Assembly (NCBI RefSeq): GCF_035594765.1
Contig: NC_085842.1
Location: 294,175,749 to 294,239,748, forward strand
Source of the DNA: Anolis carolinensis
Taxonomy: Eukaryota
DNA: 64,000 bases
Direction: 5' to 3'
The translations under genes were made by a program, and so were the position numbers. The notes under the pieces are model-generated. The model was given only the letters and a program-made list of their open reading frames with translations. It had not been told where the DNA came from and did not search any database. Shown here in pieces: positions 1-15,852 of the stretch. Position 1 is the stretch's first letter. The number at the start of each line of letters is the position of its first letter.

Positions 1-1679
1 TTGACCCCTAGACAGAAAGGCTCAGAAGCCTCACTTTGCTCATCCCCACTCTTGGAGGTTGAGAAGACAGCATAGAATCCATGTATGTAATGAGGAAAGA
101 CCCGAAGAAAGAAAGACTGGTACAAAAGCCCAAGCATTTACAGACTGGATGCAAGCTGTGATTCCAAAGCAGCACAATAAAGGGCAACAAACACAATAAC
201 CTTACTTTTTGAAAAGTCTCTACTTTTTAATTTTTCCTTTAACAAAGTTTTCTAGCCCACATGTGGTGAAATATGGGAAGGCCTGAGTGAGAAATGCCAG
301 CTAAGAGACCTAGATTCTGAGTAAGACAACTTCCGTTTGGTAGCAGAGCGTTCCTAATATATATTAGAAAAGTTTACACAAAAGAAGTCTTTAAATTTCA
401 GGATAAAGACAAATTATGTACATTTTGCTGAAGCTGCACAATATATATAAGCTGAAAAGCCTCTTCTTTTCTTTGCACTGAAATTGGACAGCCTGATCAC
501 AGGATTTTAGACTGTGTGTCTGCATGTGTGGGTGTATGCAAACTGGGCATATATTGAGTTCTAGGAGTCTTTATCTAAATTATAGACCATGCTTCTGTCT
601 TCAGGTACCTTAGGTCTAATGGAGAATTCCTCAGACCAAATAAAAGGGCAGTACTGAGAGGACCCATTTCATCCACCCATGGCATTCTTGGATCATGTCA
701 GGGGGCTTCTTTCATAATACAGCTATCCCGGTTGTGTTCAAAGCTGCCTAAATAAGTAAACCTCAGTTTAGACTCAAACCCCCTTGGGACAGGGCTAGTT
801 TCCTAGCACTGAAAGCAATGGGCAGCTATCAGCTTTTTAAAATGCCATGACACACCTTGTTTATTTCCAATTTTCTATTCCTGTATGCCCAAGGATGCCT
901 GGTAATGAGACAGACAAAGGAATTGAGTTGGATCATGCAGCAGCATAGATCTAACATGAAGATTACAATTTCTCCCTCCCCTGAAAGAGGAATATAGCTA
1001 TGAGAAGCCAAAAAGGTTTGGGGAATTAAACAGCCCTGCAGAACAGACTAAACAGATTAAAATTCTGAGATTTACTACCAACAATGATAAACACAACAGA
1101 GGGTTTCACAGGCCTGTCCACTGAATGGCTAGAGCTGCAAGGTGCCATTATTTTTCAGGCATTTCTGTGTGCAACTTGAAACAGAGACAATTGCAAAGGC
1201 AATTCTTGTAAGTGTTATTTATTGGTGCATTACAAACTGAGATTAAAAGATTAGCTTTGAACCGCTTGCATCAGAAGGTTTATATACAAAATATATGTAT
1301 ATATATATATTAATTACCAATTCGGTACATGGGGCTTGCATTAGTATTCAGAGAAGTTAGAAGAAAAGACGTTGAGGTTACTTCATGTGATGTACAGACC
1401 ATATGTAAACACTGGTGTATTAAATCATATGACAGCCTTGGTTCCAATGAAGCATTCAAAAACCACTACTCTGTGAATGATCTTTATATTTACTGTTTTC
1501 TCATTCATGAAACTTACATACCATCAAACAGTTCTCAGGACTTGCTCAAAAATATTTAAACACAATTAATAAATAACTGAAAATAAATAAATGTTGTCAC
1601 AACCAATTAAAGATATGTTTATAAAGTCAAATATACGGTATGATCAGTATATGATATAGCTATCAGGCTCAGATGCCTT

Positions 1680-1870
1680 CCTAAAAACAGAATTTATTTG
1701 CCAGCCTTCTAAAAGTCAAAGGAGCTTACCTGGCAAGCCCCTTTGGAGATGGGAGTTCACAACACGGGATGCCACCACAGAAAAGGTCTTGCTCCTTGTC
1801 ACCATCCTTTGCACCTCTGAAGGACAAGGTGCCTGGAGCAAGGCCTTTCCCTGATGACCTTATGCTGTGG
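1680..1870 (-). mobile_element. Degraded L2-like LINE 3' fragment
   Basis: Resembles squamate L2 3' sequence (gggagttc...gccaccacagaaaaggtcttgctccttgt). Boundaries approximate. Confidence 0.4.
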
Positions 1871-1893
1871 CTCGAGTTTTTGCTTTCTTTCTA

Positions 1894-2097
<204 letters not shown>

Positions 2098-4638
2098 TTA
2101 TAAATAGTGATGTAGTTTTACGGTAAATAAAATAAAAAAGACACTGAAAGTTATCCAGAAATATTGTAATAATCCTTGTCAAAAAAAGCACTCACAGTGA
2201 AGAGAAATAAGCTCTCTGGTGAGGGGGTCCTCTAAGTAATTTGCAGTACTAAAAGAAAATGGTGGTGATAAATATATCTTGTTGAAGCAAATAAGGTGGC
2301 TTGGCTATAGCTTTTCAAAGAGCCCAGAATTTAAGTAACATTTGCTAGAAATTATAGACCAAGGAAGTTTTTTAAGAAACCATTTATCATTTTTAGGAGT
2401 CTTTAAAATTCTGTTACTAGGAAGTGAAGCTTTGCTACATGCTGGTACTGAAGCTACTTTCAGTCTGTGCATTTTGTGTGATGCTGTTGTGAAAACTGCC
2501 TTTGTCCTTGTCTGCCCAGAAGTGGTTCATATTTCCAACAAAGTGGGAGTAAGCACAGGCTTGGAAGCATTTCAGTTGTGTCATGTCATTAAGCTAGCCT
2601 ACCTGAAACACCATCCTTACTGCCCTCAGAAGTAATTAAGCCATTGAACATGTGCGTCTGTTGTCATGAGATGGTGGTGGAGGTGAGATAAGTATGGAAG
2701 TAGTGTGTTTCTCTGTTTATATTTGGTAACTGGGTAGGTTTTAAAGCATCATGACAAGTGGTTCTTTCAGATATTTCTGAGACCTACCAGCAGAGTTTCT
2801 CTAGCTGAAGACACAGGGAAGTACAACTCAGAAACTATACATATGCTCTGCTATTGAGGTATGAATTACAGGGTATGGCCTGATATGGCATGGACTGATA
2901 CAGCCTCACAAACTTCACTCACTCAGATGTTTATTGTTTAATCATAAAGGCTCAGACAGTTTTAGTGCCATGAGCAGTTTCAATGCAGTCTGTAACAGGG
3001 TGGGGAAATGGGGAGATAAACATGTGAATTCCACAATCAGCCCCACATAGGCTGCTTGTTCTCAACTGGGAGGGACAATGTTGAACAGAGTTATCTCTAC
3101 TGCAACTTCCGATCTCTAGTCATAAATAACAGCAAAGATTTTCACCTTACATGCTAAGTTATGTGGGAAATGTTAAGGAGGATGATTTTTATTTTGCAAC
3201 TTTACTCTCCCTATTTGGAGATGAAAAAGGGACAAAGCCAGATAGGTATTTCAGCACTCAGAAATTCTAGACCTCCAGTTGAGGAATCTGTGCTATCAGG
3301 GGCATGGATACATCTACAATGTCAGTTGTAACGACTTGAAGATTATTTCAATAAAAACTAATAACTTTAGTAGTCATGAAAATAGGCCATGAGGATAACA
3401 CTGTTAGGAAGATGTTTAGGCAACATTTGTGCACATCCAGGCAGCCTCTGTAAAACAAGTACAAACTAGCTATGATTATGGGTCAATTATTCAAGGGCAA
3501 CTGAGCCCCAAAAGGTTCATAGTACAAAGCAGATGCATTCTCTTTGTTCTAATGTGTTCTGATTATTCACAATTGACTCATGATGCGACAGTGCATTTCT
3601 GTTCTTCTCTTGCAAAGTTTCTGGCACAAGTATATATGATGCCAGTTTGACTTTTTTACACATGTGAATTCTCTAACAAAATGAATTTTAGGCATTACTT
3701 CACCATGTATACAATGTGTGATCACAAGTGGGTCAACAGAATGGTTATTTTAAATCTTAATTTACAATTTTGTATCTACAAAAGTCTGGCAACCAAAGAT
3801 TTTATACCAGGATTCAATAAACATATGAGGAGGGAAGGGAGCATGCTAACCCTGTCTCCTCTGCTGTTGCTTTGCTTAAGGAAAAAGTGATGGGTTTCAA
3901 AAGGAGAGCACCTTCTATCAATGGAGCCTCTTCACACAAGTCAAAACCCTGGAAAATGTATGATCCAAATCATATGAAGGGGTACCACATATACAAGAGT
4001 TTCTCTGTTGCTGACTTGTCACGGGACCAAAGTGATGGTGGAAGGATGGGGCTAGCATGCTCTCATCCTCATATGTTTAACTCTTATAGAGAATACCTGA
4101 ATAGTGAGGAGAGGGGGGAGCAACTGTGGCAAGCTTGGGGGCCAAATTTCTGTCCCTCTTGGGCCACATGAGCAACTAAAAACAAAAAGTGGCTGGGAAT
4201 ACAGTTCTAGATTTGGAAAAAATTATGTATTTTATGTCAAACAATGTATGAGGGGTAAGCTATTTAAAAAGCAAATGGCTGCTCCCGAAGGACAATGGGA
4301 TGACCCCAGGGACTCTTTTTGTATACCTGTGGGCTATAATTTAACTGGAAAGAGATGTGTTTATGAACTTCCTACCAGAGTGATATAGCATTTCAAGTCA
4401 ACTTGACTTTGTCACAGCACACACAAAAAAACCCAAACATTTTAATGCATGCTGTCTAGGTAAGACTGTGCATCGATATCATGACATTAGATTGAAAGCT
4501 GATGGAAGATCTATAAACAGCTATTACATTCCTAAGAGCCTGATAATTACCAGAGAAGATAATTCCCAAAGGATTACTTGGTCTTTTTTCTTTTTTAATT
4601 AGAAACTATTTTCTAAAGTGGTTATTTTTTACTGGTCA

Positions 4639-4932
<294 letters not shown>

Positions 4933-5678
4933 TCAAGCCACTAAAGTAATGTAACTAACGTCATACATATCATGTTTGTATATTTGAAACTTTCTTACAA
5001 CATTTCACAACAATTTTCCCAATTTTTGCTAATGTTTACTTGTAATTCAAATGAAAGGACAGAGAAGTCTGCAGCAGTTAGAACTGAAAGAGAGGTTTAG
5101 CAATAGTATTCCAATCAGCATTCATAATGCTTCTATCTAAATCCCATCTATGATATAAAAACATCAATAGTCTTATGCAAACTTCTGTCTCTTAATCTCA
5201 CTGCCATCTGTAGCATGGGGATAATACCACTGTTTTTATAGACTTATTATGAAAACTGCAACAGTGTTAGTTCTTTGAAAGTGCCATACAAGTGTTAAGT
5301 ATTAGCATTAATACTGCTAACAACAACACCAACCGCAAATTACAATAACATAGCATGCAAAAATCCCAGATTAAATCCTTGGAATCTCCAATTAATCAAA
5401 CATCGGGAGTAGACACAACTGAAAACCTGAGTCCTTAAAGTTGTTGCCAGTCGCAGCAGACATTAACAAGGTTATTATTTTCTATGCACCACAGATTACA
5501 TGATCCATGGGAAGGAATTGTGGAAGTTGAAGTCCAAATTAATTGGACTTTGGAAGGAAAGTTGAGCTACTTGAACCAATAGCCTGACCTGTTATCAGGC
5601 AAGGTTCTATATTCTGATAGTAAAACAACAACAATCACAACATAAAATCCACCCACTTCACAAGAATTTTCACCTAAG

Positions 5679-5814
5679 CAGTGGTTCTCAACCTGGGGAG
5701 TCCCCAGATGATTTGGCCTTCAACTCCCAGAAATCCTAACAGATGGTATTTTGGCTGGGATTTCTGAGAGTTATAAGCCAAAACACCTGGGGACGCACAG
5801 GTTGAGAACCACTG
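5679..5814. mobile_element. Non-autonomous hAT-type MITE
   Basis: TIRs CAGTGGTTCTCAACCTG / CAGGTTGAGAACCACTG with a near-palindromic interior. TSD degenerate. Confidence 0.85.
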
Positions 5815-5927
5815 TTCTAAAGGGTTAAATCAAGAAATATTGTAGTTTAAGCATGATTTCTCAAAATGTTTCTAAAATTAGTTTGTTAGTTAATAGTCAC
5901 AGAAAAAATACAATTAAGTCCCCCTTC

Positions 5928-5930
<3 letters not shown>

Positions 5931-5968
<38 letters not shown>
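5931..5968. repeat. (CA)19 microsatellite
   Basis: Pure CA run starting 20 nt into intron 8. Confidence 0.98.
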
Positions 5969-5970
<2 letters not shown>

Positions 5971-5980
5971 CTTATAGTCA

Positions 5981-6220
<240 letters not shown>

Positions 6221-6391
6221 TCAAAACATTCATCCTATTCATTCTGGCTTTTCAGACAACAAAACAAAAGATTGTAACAAGTTATCCACCACCAGTGAAC
6301 AATCATGAATGAGCAGAGAACTGAATCTAGATCTTCCAGACAGAAGGAATTCCTTTTCTCGAAGATCTGGATTGCTCTGCATTATCTAGAG

Positions 6392-6518
6392 CAGTGGTTC
6401 CCAACATTTGGTCCCCCAAGGTGTTCTGGACTCCCAGAAACCCCAGTCATTTTACCAGTTAGGAATTGTGGGAGCTGAAGCCCAAAACACTTGGAGGACT
6501 AAAGGCTGGGAACCACTG
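6392..6518. mobile_element. Non-autonomous hAT-type MITE with perfect 8-bp TSD
   Basis: TIRs CAGTGGTTCCCA / TGGGAACCACTG. TSD ATCTAGAG at 6384-6391 and 6519-6526. Confidence 0.92.
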
Positions 6519-6626
6519 ATCTAGAGGATTGCTATTTAAGGTGGAGGCCAGCAGACAGGTGTCCCCAGTCGGGGGAATGGAACTACGAGTCTGCCCATTA
6601 GATAATATAACAGCACAGATTTAGAG

Positions 6627-6748
6627 CAGTGGTTCTCAAACTTGGATCCTCCAGGTATTTGGTCTTCAACTCTGCCAATATGACCAACAGCCAGGAATTT
6701 TTGGAGATCACATCCAAACATCTGAAGAAATAAAGTTTGGAAACACTG
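6627..6748. mobile_element. Non-autonomous hAT-type MITE
   Basis: TIRs CAGTGGTTCTCAAACTT / AAGTTTGGAAACACTG. TSD ATTTAGAG / ACCTAGAG. Confidence 0.85.
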
Positions 6749-8822
6749 ACCTAGAGGGTCCAAAATGGACTAATTCAGCAAGAAATATCAAGACAAACAG
6801 AAGAAGCAAAATGTTTGAACACCACTTCACCTAACCGAAAAAAGACACTTTATTTGCATCTGCCTTCCTTTAGTGGTGAAGAAGACCAGAAGCCAACTGA
6901 ACTTTGACCATCAATAAAAACAAAGCAATTTTCAATGCCTATCATGATAAGCCATGCAGCAAAAGTGCTTGTCTTACAGTCTATGGAGGACTTCTTGATA
7001 ATAAGCTATCCAAACTCTTTTTGGGGTCATTGCTGCTGAGTTTATAAACAGGAAACACTGTTGTGGTATGCAGAGAAGAGATATCTATTTTAGTTTCCTT
7101 GCGGAGAAAAACAAGAAGAACTATTTTAACTGAGTTAATCCTGTGGCACCAAAACAAAGAAACACAAAGCAAAATATTTCACAAGGCAATCCTTTAAAAG
7201 CAGTTAATTTGGAAAAAAAGTTATTATTTTCTATGAGGAAATAGGAGGGACCTCAGCGACTCTAAGGTAAGCTACAATGCAAAATATATGCACTCCTTTA
7301 GTGCCTGCCAGCACAAACTGGGAGATGTCCTTGTAATATCCTGGCAGAAGGGCAATTAGCGATGGCACCTATATTTGGCATCACAGGGAAGAGCAGAGAA
7401 GATGGAAAACACAGTGTTATGAATGGATCAGTGAGAAGAGGCTTTGACAGTAAGTTACTACGGACAGGCACTGACTGAAGTTTTTTTATCCGTGGATCTC
7501 AAAAACCTAGATACAGTCTGACTTACAATGCTGTATTTTATTTACCAAAGCTCACTGGATAAATATAATTTTTGTGGAGCAGAGATCTATAAGCATGGAT
7601 CTATAAGCAGCTAGTCACATTCAAATTTATTTTGGAATTAAAGCAATATCCTCAAAGAACAGATACGTCTGCAGTTTTTAAACAAATCTCTATTTTCTAC
7701 ACTATTTCATAGGGTAAATGAAAGGGACATGATACTGCTTGTATCAGAAGCTCAAGATATTTTAAGGCTGTTTGTTAATGTTAGTTAGTAAAAAAAATCT
7801 AGCTTTGAAGTTGTAACGCTGGTACAGAAAAGAACAAAAGGCAGAATGAACAATGATTTGGAAATTATTTTGCAGAGATTGAAATCCTAGAAATTATCCT
7901 GTGGACAGCTTCTACACTCACAATTTAATGAAGCTTTTTTTTATAGAAAAGGAATAATTTTCAGCTGTTTATTGGTGAAATCTGTAAGCATGAGACGTCT
8001 GGTGCAGCATATTTGGTTGGCTTTCAATGTAGGAGCCAAATTCACTCCAAATTTATGTGGGTAATACAAGAAGTGAAAAATCTTCATGGAAACATGTTTG
8101 ATTCTTCCACAGACTTGCCGAAAAATTCTCAAAGTACAAAACAGATTTCCAAACCTCAAATGAAGGACATGTGCACACATAAATTGCTTAAGAAAGAAGG
8201 TTTTTGGTTTTTTTTACTGTGGAATCCTGGCATATTCCTTCCTTAAAAAAATAAATGGCAGATAATGCCACAAGATTTTAGAACCTTTCATTTTTACGAA
8301 CACAAATGAGACCCATTCCATTCTACAGTACTAATCTGACCACAGCATCTGTTTTACGCATTATGCACACTCAAGTTTAAATTCAAAACACCCTGGACCT
8401 CTGATAAGGAACTATCCGATATACATGTTTTCAAAACCCATTTGCCACAGTCACTCCTTACATTTTTAGGTGCCACCTGAAAAATCTTAGCTTCATATCT
8501 ATAACCTCAACATGAAATACAGAATGCAGTATCTATCCAATTATTTTGTATCCAGAGTATATCAGTAAGTGCTTACATAATCCTAGCTTTGAATTTAGAT
8601 GGGGCACGGCATTGAGAATATAAACCTAGAAACTCTAAACCAGCCATATGATTCATGTTCTGATTGTTATCTTACTGGAAGGTACAGAAAAAGCTTTCTC
8701 ATTTTTTTCACCTTTCACTGCCAGCTATAATCATTTACTGCCCTGTGTTAGGCTTTCAAGTGGTATCTGCTTAGACCTGGCTCCTTTCCAGTGCTCTTCT
8801 TGCCATGCTGTGCCCTTTAACT

Positions 8823-9361
<539 letters not shown>

Positions 9362-9568
9362 TGTAGGAAGTTATTAAACAGAGCATGCATGATATCAGTA
9401 AACCCATCATAGAAGATCATTCAAAAGGGGTGTGCATAAAAATCTATGAAACCAGGAATTTAAAACGAAGAAAGGCCACTTGTTATTACTGACAGACCTT
9501 TCATTCTTCTTCCCGTGTTCCCTCCCCCAAAAAACAGTGCTACAGAAACTAAACAAAGCACTGAGTCA

Positions 9569-9784
<216 letters not shown>

Positions 9785-11029
9785 TTATTCCATCATATGG
9801 CAATACATCATGTTCTCACCCACCCTCCAGTCCTCTGTCTCTCAATACTGCCATGATGACATGCTCTCCAAGAGGCAGAGATTTACTTTGGTGTTTCCAT
9901 GTAGAGTAAGGCTAAGACGTTATAGGTTTAAACTAACATAACTGAGGCATGGCTATGGATTTGTTTTTATTGACTGAAGCAAATGTTACCAGTGAATTTA
10001 AAGGTGCCCCCTTCAAGTCACACAGCTGTATAAAATGGTATAAAGACATTCCTTCTGGAGTGATGACTTTAATTTATCAGCGCACTATAAAAGAAGAACT
10101 GCTGACATCCTCATGCAATCAATATTTGGGGGAGAGTGGCTAAAATAGGAGGAAAGATTAGCCAGACAAATGAAACTGTGTGTGAGATCTAATGAAATAA
10201 ATGCTATAAGGAGTTAAGTACTGAATGATCTCATATAACCCGGCTACCAATTGCTTTAGAAAGCATTTAGTGTGTTACTCCATGTGAGACTCAACATTCA
10301 ACAAGAGCCCACAGAGTCCCAGTCATTTCAGATTCCCTTGATAAAGCTAATTCAACTCTTTTATGTGTTTAAGGCATCAATAAAAATATTATTCGCTCTA
10401 TGTAAAAAGTTGATAATACTTTACTTAGTAACTCTTGAAAAGTGCCTGCCAACGCAAACACATCCATGCCATTACTACACCCAGAACCAGGTACACGTAG
10501 CTCTTGTTAATGTCATACTGAGCTCTTTGTTTACAATGGAAGGGCATCTAGAGAACAGGTGCAAGTGATCAACAAACAAATGTCAATGTAGCCCTGCTAG
10601 CTGGAATACTGCCCTTGAAAAGGAGTATTTAATACTTAAGAATGCCAAACAGAATACTCTGCAAGCAAAGTTTTGGATTTCAACCTACAACAAAGCCAAG
10701 AAGGTGACTAATATAAAGTAATGCAGTAGGTCAAGAAGAACCAAAAGCACTTTCAGTAGCTGCACATTCAGCAACTGCAAGTATAGACGAGAAATACTCC
10801 AGATAATGGTGGACTACCACTCCCACAATCCACCACTACTGACCATGCTGGATATAGCTGGTGAGACCTGGAAGTCCAGCGTGGGTGAGGGGACACAGAA
10901 CTGCTCACTCCTGGTGTCGACAGTGTGCAAATGTAAGTATTCTTTTACTAAATGTGGGAGCAGCAGCATGGGTATCAAACATTACTATTAGTGCAAAACG
11001 ACACACCAGAAAGGTGCACAATGAACTTA

Positions 11030-11290
<261 letters not shown>

Positions 11291-14049
11291 TTAAACCTTA
11301 AGAAAAGCACTGGAAATGCAAATCTATAAATGGATGCCAGTGTTACCCTGCAAAACCACCTGATCCAGTCTGCCACCACAATGTCAAAGCTTCTATAATA
11401 GCAACCCATGCACAGTACTGTTTCAGTCTCTTGAAAGGAGCTGACCAGAGCATTTGTTTTGAAAGAAAGCAGACAGCTTGGCAGAAATAAATTACAAGAA
11501 AACCATATCTGCACAACTTAAACAAGGATGTTGGTCTACATCTGCAAAGAATCCAAAAATAATTGGTCTACCAATCAAAAAGATGCACCTCTTTTTAATA
11601 TATTGTGAATTTAAACCTACCCTGCAGATTCTGAAAGAACACTCAGCTATGACCTGATTATTAAATTTAAAATACAAGCTTACTTGAACATTGGTCCAAG
11701 AAATGTCGGTTTTCTAACTGAAGAATCTCTAAATAAAATGCAGATAGGCTGTGACTTTAAACTCTCTCTCTAGAGAGCTTTTGGGGGGAGATCTCTAAAA
11801 GGTTTAACAAGTCAAGTGAAAGTTAAATCAACAGCTTCCTAAAACTCTAGAATTTCTAAGCCCTTTCAAGAAAAATGAAACAAAATCCTAAAATAAATCC
11901 CTTCTATTTTACACAGTCAGAATTAGCCATTTATAACAAAAGCAGGTTTAGTCCGCCCTGATCTATCTCTGACAAGGTAGAAATTGGCTTAGTTTAAACA
12001 CATTGAGGTATTTTTTCTGCACATAGGATGAAATAATTGTTAAATTCAGTTATATTTATCTAGTAATGCTTACCTTTTCCTCCATCGAACATAAATATGC
12101 CTTTTAATTATTTCTACAATTATATTCAAAATATCTTTCAAGAAAATGTAGAGATTCAATTTTCTGCTGACATTTAACTCTGAACCAATGCAGGAACGAT
12201 ATCCCTGACACTGCACACAGGGAGTGGCATGAATAAATCAGGAACTGCCTGAACGTTTTTAAATATAAAGATATCAATTTTAAAATCAGCTGTCTTACTG
12301 CTGTTGCAGATTTCTGACAAGCATGGTGAAGACATCCACAAGTACTATTTAGCAACACTCCATTTGTTCATCAAGGAAGAGTTTTTACACACTTCAAAGA
12401 ATTGCAGTATCTGCTAAAAATGAATGACAGCCTTTCAGGGAGAGAGATGCAGCAGCCAAATGTGACGAGCAAAAAATCCAAATGCAAATCTGCAACAAAA
12501 GGTTGACATATTCTGTTGATCCCAGAATCCCCAAAGCAGGTGTAGTATATTTTCAACAATTTGGAAGCATGATCATGTTAGGAAATAGTATGAGTAAAAT
12601 GAGACAAGCAAGCAGCTTCCAACAACCTTCCTTGTGTTCTTTAGTTTACAATATTTACATAGTGGGCTTTCCTACAACATCACAACAGGTGTTAGATTAG
12701 AAGTTAAATATAAAATACAAGATATGGCTGCCAGTGGTTCAAAGGGTAGCTTTGACTGAGAAACAATCAAAGCGTAGTACATTCAATCACCTACATTTCT
12801 AAACAACTTTTATGATTGCATGAAGCCATGTTTGTCACTGGGATGACAATATTTTGGAACTGTCCAGATGGTGCTAATGGAGCTAGCATGCAATATATTG
12901 AAGTGTACAAAAGCTCACTAAAGCATAGCCTACTATATCAACAATAGCCAAACAAAATGACTTACTTTTTAATAAAAGCATTTCTGCATCATCTCCCAGC
13001 CCACAAGGGTTCCCAAGGTGATTGGTTCCCAACATGAACCAATTTAAACCCAAAAAACATAATGAGCATAAAGTAGTTGTTTTGGAATATAATTCATACT
13101 ATATTTCTATACTATAATATGGCACTTTACTAATTTTAAGATAATTCATTCCTTGTTAGATGAAACACTGCAATTTCTCCCCTATTCACAAAATCAGAGC
13201 AGTCACAAATAAGCTGGCAAACTTGACTAGGTCTATTAAATAATTACTGAATGGCAAGTCAACATGTAGGCAAATCCCACCAACTGAATGGGTCTATTCT
13301 GGGCAGGACTAGCAACAAGATTCAGGTCATTGTCTGTGTACCATTTCTACCTGAGAGGTAATAATGGGCCCTAAACACCAATGGTAGGTCAATAATCTCC
13401 AGTAAGAGGAGTGGTTATGATGGATAAGCTCCTAAAGCCAGCTACCAATTTCTTTTTTTCCCAAAAAAAGAGGAACCAGCAAGAAGAGTTGAAAAAATAT
13501 AATATCAACCCCCTCCTCTTTAAAAATTGAAAGTCACTTTCTTACTTTAGGAACATAACATTCACGATATATTGCTTTGCTTGACATAAAATCATCATCT
13601 TATATATACTGAAAGTACCGTTTATTAAGCATATAACTGAAATTGACCTTTTTTTGCTAGGCTCTGAAATATAAGGAAGACCTAAACTAAAATTAGCCCC
13701 TATGGTTTTGCCAATTAAAAAAAAAAAAGGGGGGGGGAGAGAAAAACTCACCAATAAAAATGAGGGGGGGGGGTCAAAATTAGTAAAGCAGACAAACCTG
13801 TTATCTCCCCTTGTTCTTTGTAATGTCAAACAGGCAGAATGTAATCATATTCATTAAAAATGGGAAAGAAAATCAGGTTCAAAAATTAAAATGATCTGAC
13901 ACTATACAGAGATTTGGCACAATAAAATGTGAATATTTTATTGTGTCAAATAAAATAGAATATTTTAGATACTTAATCAATTTTAATTCACATGGTGGGG
14001 AAGGGGTAATGGGGAAAATGTTTTTTTTATCCCAACTTTTTCCAGTTTT

Positions 14050-14462
14050 CATAGAATCATAGAGTTGGGAAAAAACCTCATGGGCCATCCAGTCAACCCG
14101 TACCAAGTAGTAGTAAAATCGCATTTAAAGCACTCCCGACAGATGGCCATTCAGCCCCTGCTTAAAAAGCCTCCAAAGAAGGCCCCTCCACCACACTCTG
14201 GGGGCAAAGAGCTCCACTGCTGAACAGTTCTCACAGTTAGGAAGTTCTTCCTAATGTTCAGGTGGAATCTCCTTTCTTTGCTATAGTTTGAAACCATTGT
14301 TCCCTGTCCTAGTCTCCAGGGCAGCACAAAACAAGCTTGCTTGATCCCTCCTGCCTATGACTTCCCCTCACATATTGATATATGGCCATCATGTCTCCTC
14401 TCAGCCTTCTCTTCTGCAGGCTAAACATGCCCAGCTCATTCAACTGCTCCTCATAGGGCTTC
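14050..14462 (-). mobile_element. CR1 LINE 3' fragment
   Basis: catagaatcatagagttgg terminus, followed by typical CR1 ORF2 3' sequence (aggaagttcttcctaatgttcaggtggaatctc...). Confidence 0.88.
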
Positions 14463-15668
14463 CCCAGGTCTTCAAGTTTCTATTGGTGCTTGAGATCCGA
14501 TCTTGGCAAAGGATCAAGCAGCTTTAGTAAAATAGAAAAGCTGAGATCCAGTTCTGATTTTGTTGGGAGGATCTGAATTTAGCCTCCAACCTGTTCTTCT
14601 GACTTCTCAGAAGGAAGACAACTAAATGGGTTAAAAATGCATTGCCTTCTGACTGTTTTGCATTCAGAGAGCAAAACTAAGCTGTCCTCAACTTTCATAT
14701 GCCCAGACACCCATTTCAAGAAGCAGAAGGAAGCACAGACATTAGATCCACATTAGAATTCTGAGATATAACTTCTCTTGAGCTACATATGTAGATCCTT
14801 CTCCTTAGCAACAGTGAAATTCAGCTTGCTTTGAAATCTTCCGGGTGTAGAAGCAAACACACATCATAAACCAACATGCAAATTTCATATTTCCCTGAAG
14901 ATAATTGGAAGACATGTCATGCTGCGACTGCAATTTAGTATTAATTTCACTCAAGGGAAAGAATATTAAAACTGTCACATCTTAGTGAGGTATTGTCAGT
15001 TCTAGTTTTCGCCATCGTTTGCTTGCCTTCAATAAGAGGTGGCCCTACCAGAGCAGACTTCCGATTCCAACTGAGACGTTATTAAAGACCAATTGGACAG
15101 AAATTTTTCATCCTCCATCAGATAAAAAAGAGAGATTGCAGACTGAACTTTCTTCTTGCATCAGCATTTAAACAAAACAAATACAAGGTGGCATTATTAA
15201 AGTGCTAAGTCACATTAACAGTAGATGGTATTAACAGCATGCATACGCTTCTCAGTATACATTAGTCTCAGAAGACACAAAGGACGCCCACGTGCAATTG
15301 CTTCTCTGAGATTAGTATGTATTTCCTATAAATCTGATGAAATTTCATTTGTAAAGAAAGAAATGTCTATTTTGGTCGATGTATCTCCTCTCTATCCATC
15401 CAACAGTGCAGAAGGCTAACAAGGCTGAATCAAAACATCAAACAGTCAAATAAACCCAACATTAATGTAATAAAAACCAAGATAGGAAACAGGAAAAAAA
15501 GACACCTGCTGGGACTGGAAATAAGATGGCAACAACTCAGCTAGGTGAGGATTATATGAATATCTGGAGGCAAAAGGCAGCACAGCCTAACTCTGAACTA
15601 CCAAGAGGTTTAGCTTATAATTCTGGGATATCGGGAGATGAGGAATTGCTCTGGTGCATGAATTATGA

Positions 15669-15852
15669 CAGGGGTCCCCAAACTAAGCCCCTCCAAGGTC
15701 ATTTACCCAGCCCCTGCACTAAACTTTAGACTTAAGGTCGCCCTAAGTCTGAAATGATTTGATGGCACACACACAACAACAATCCTAATTAACTTGAATA
15801 TCCAGTCAGTAAAAAGCAGGCCCACACTTCCCATTGAAATATTGATAAGTTT
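15669..15852. mobile_element. Truncated hAT MITE, same family as 37346-37725
   Basis: Starts CAGGGGTCCCCAAACT. Interior is the reverse complement of about 37530-37725. Confidence 0.75.
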
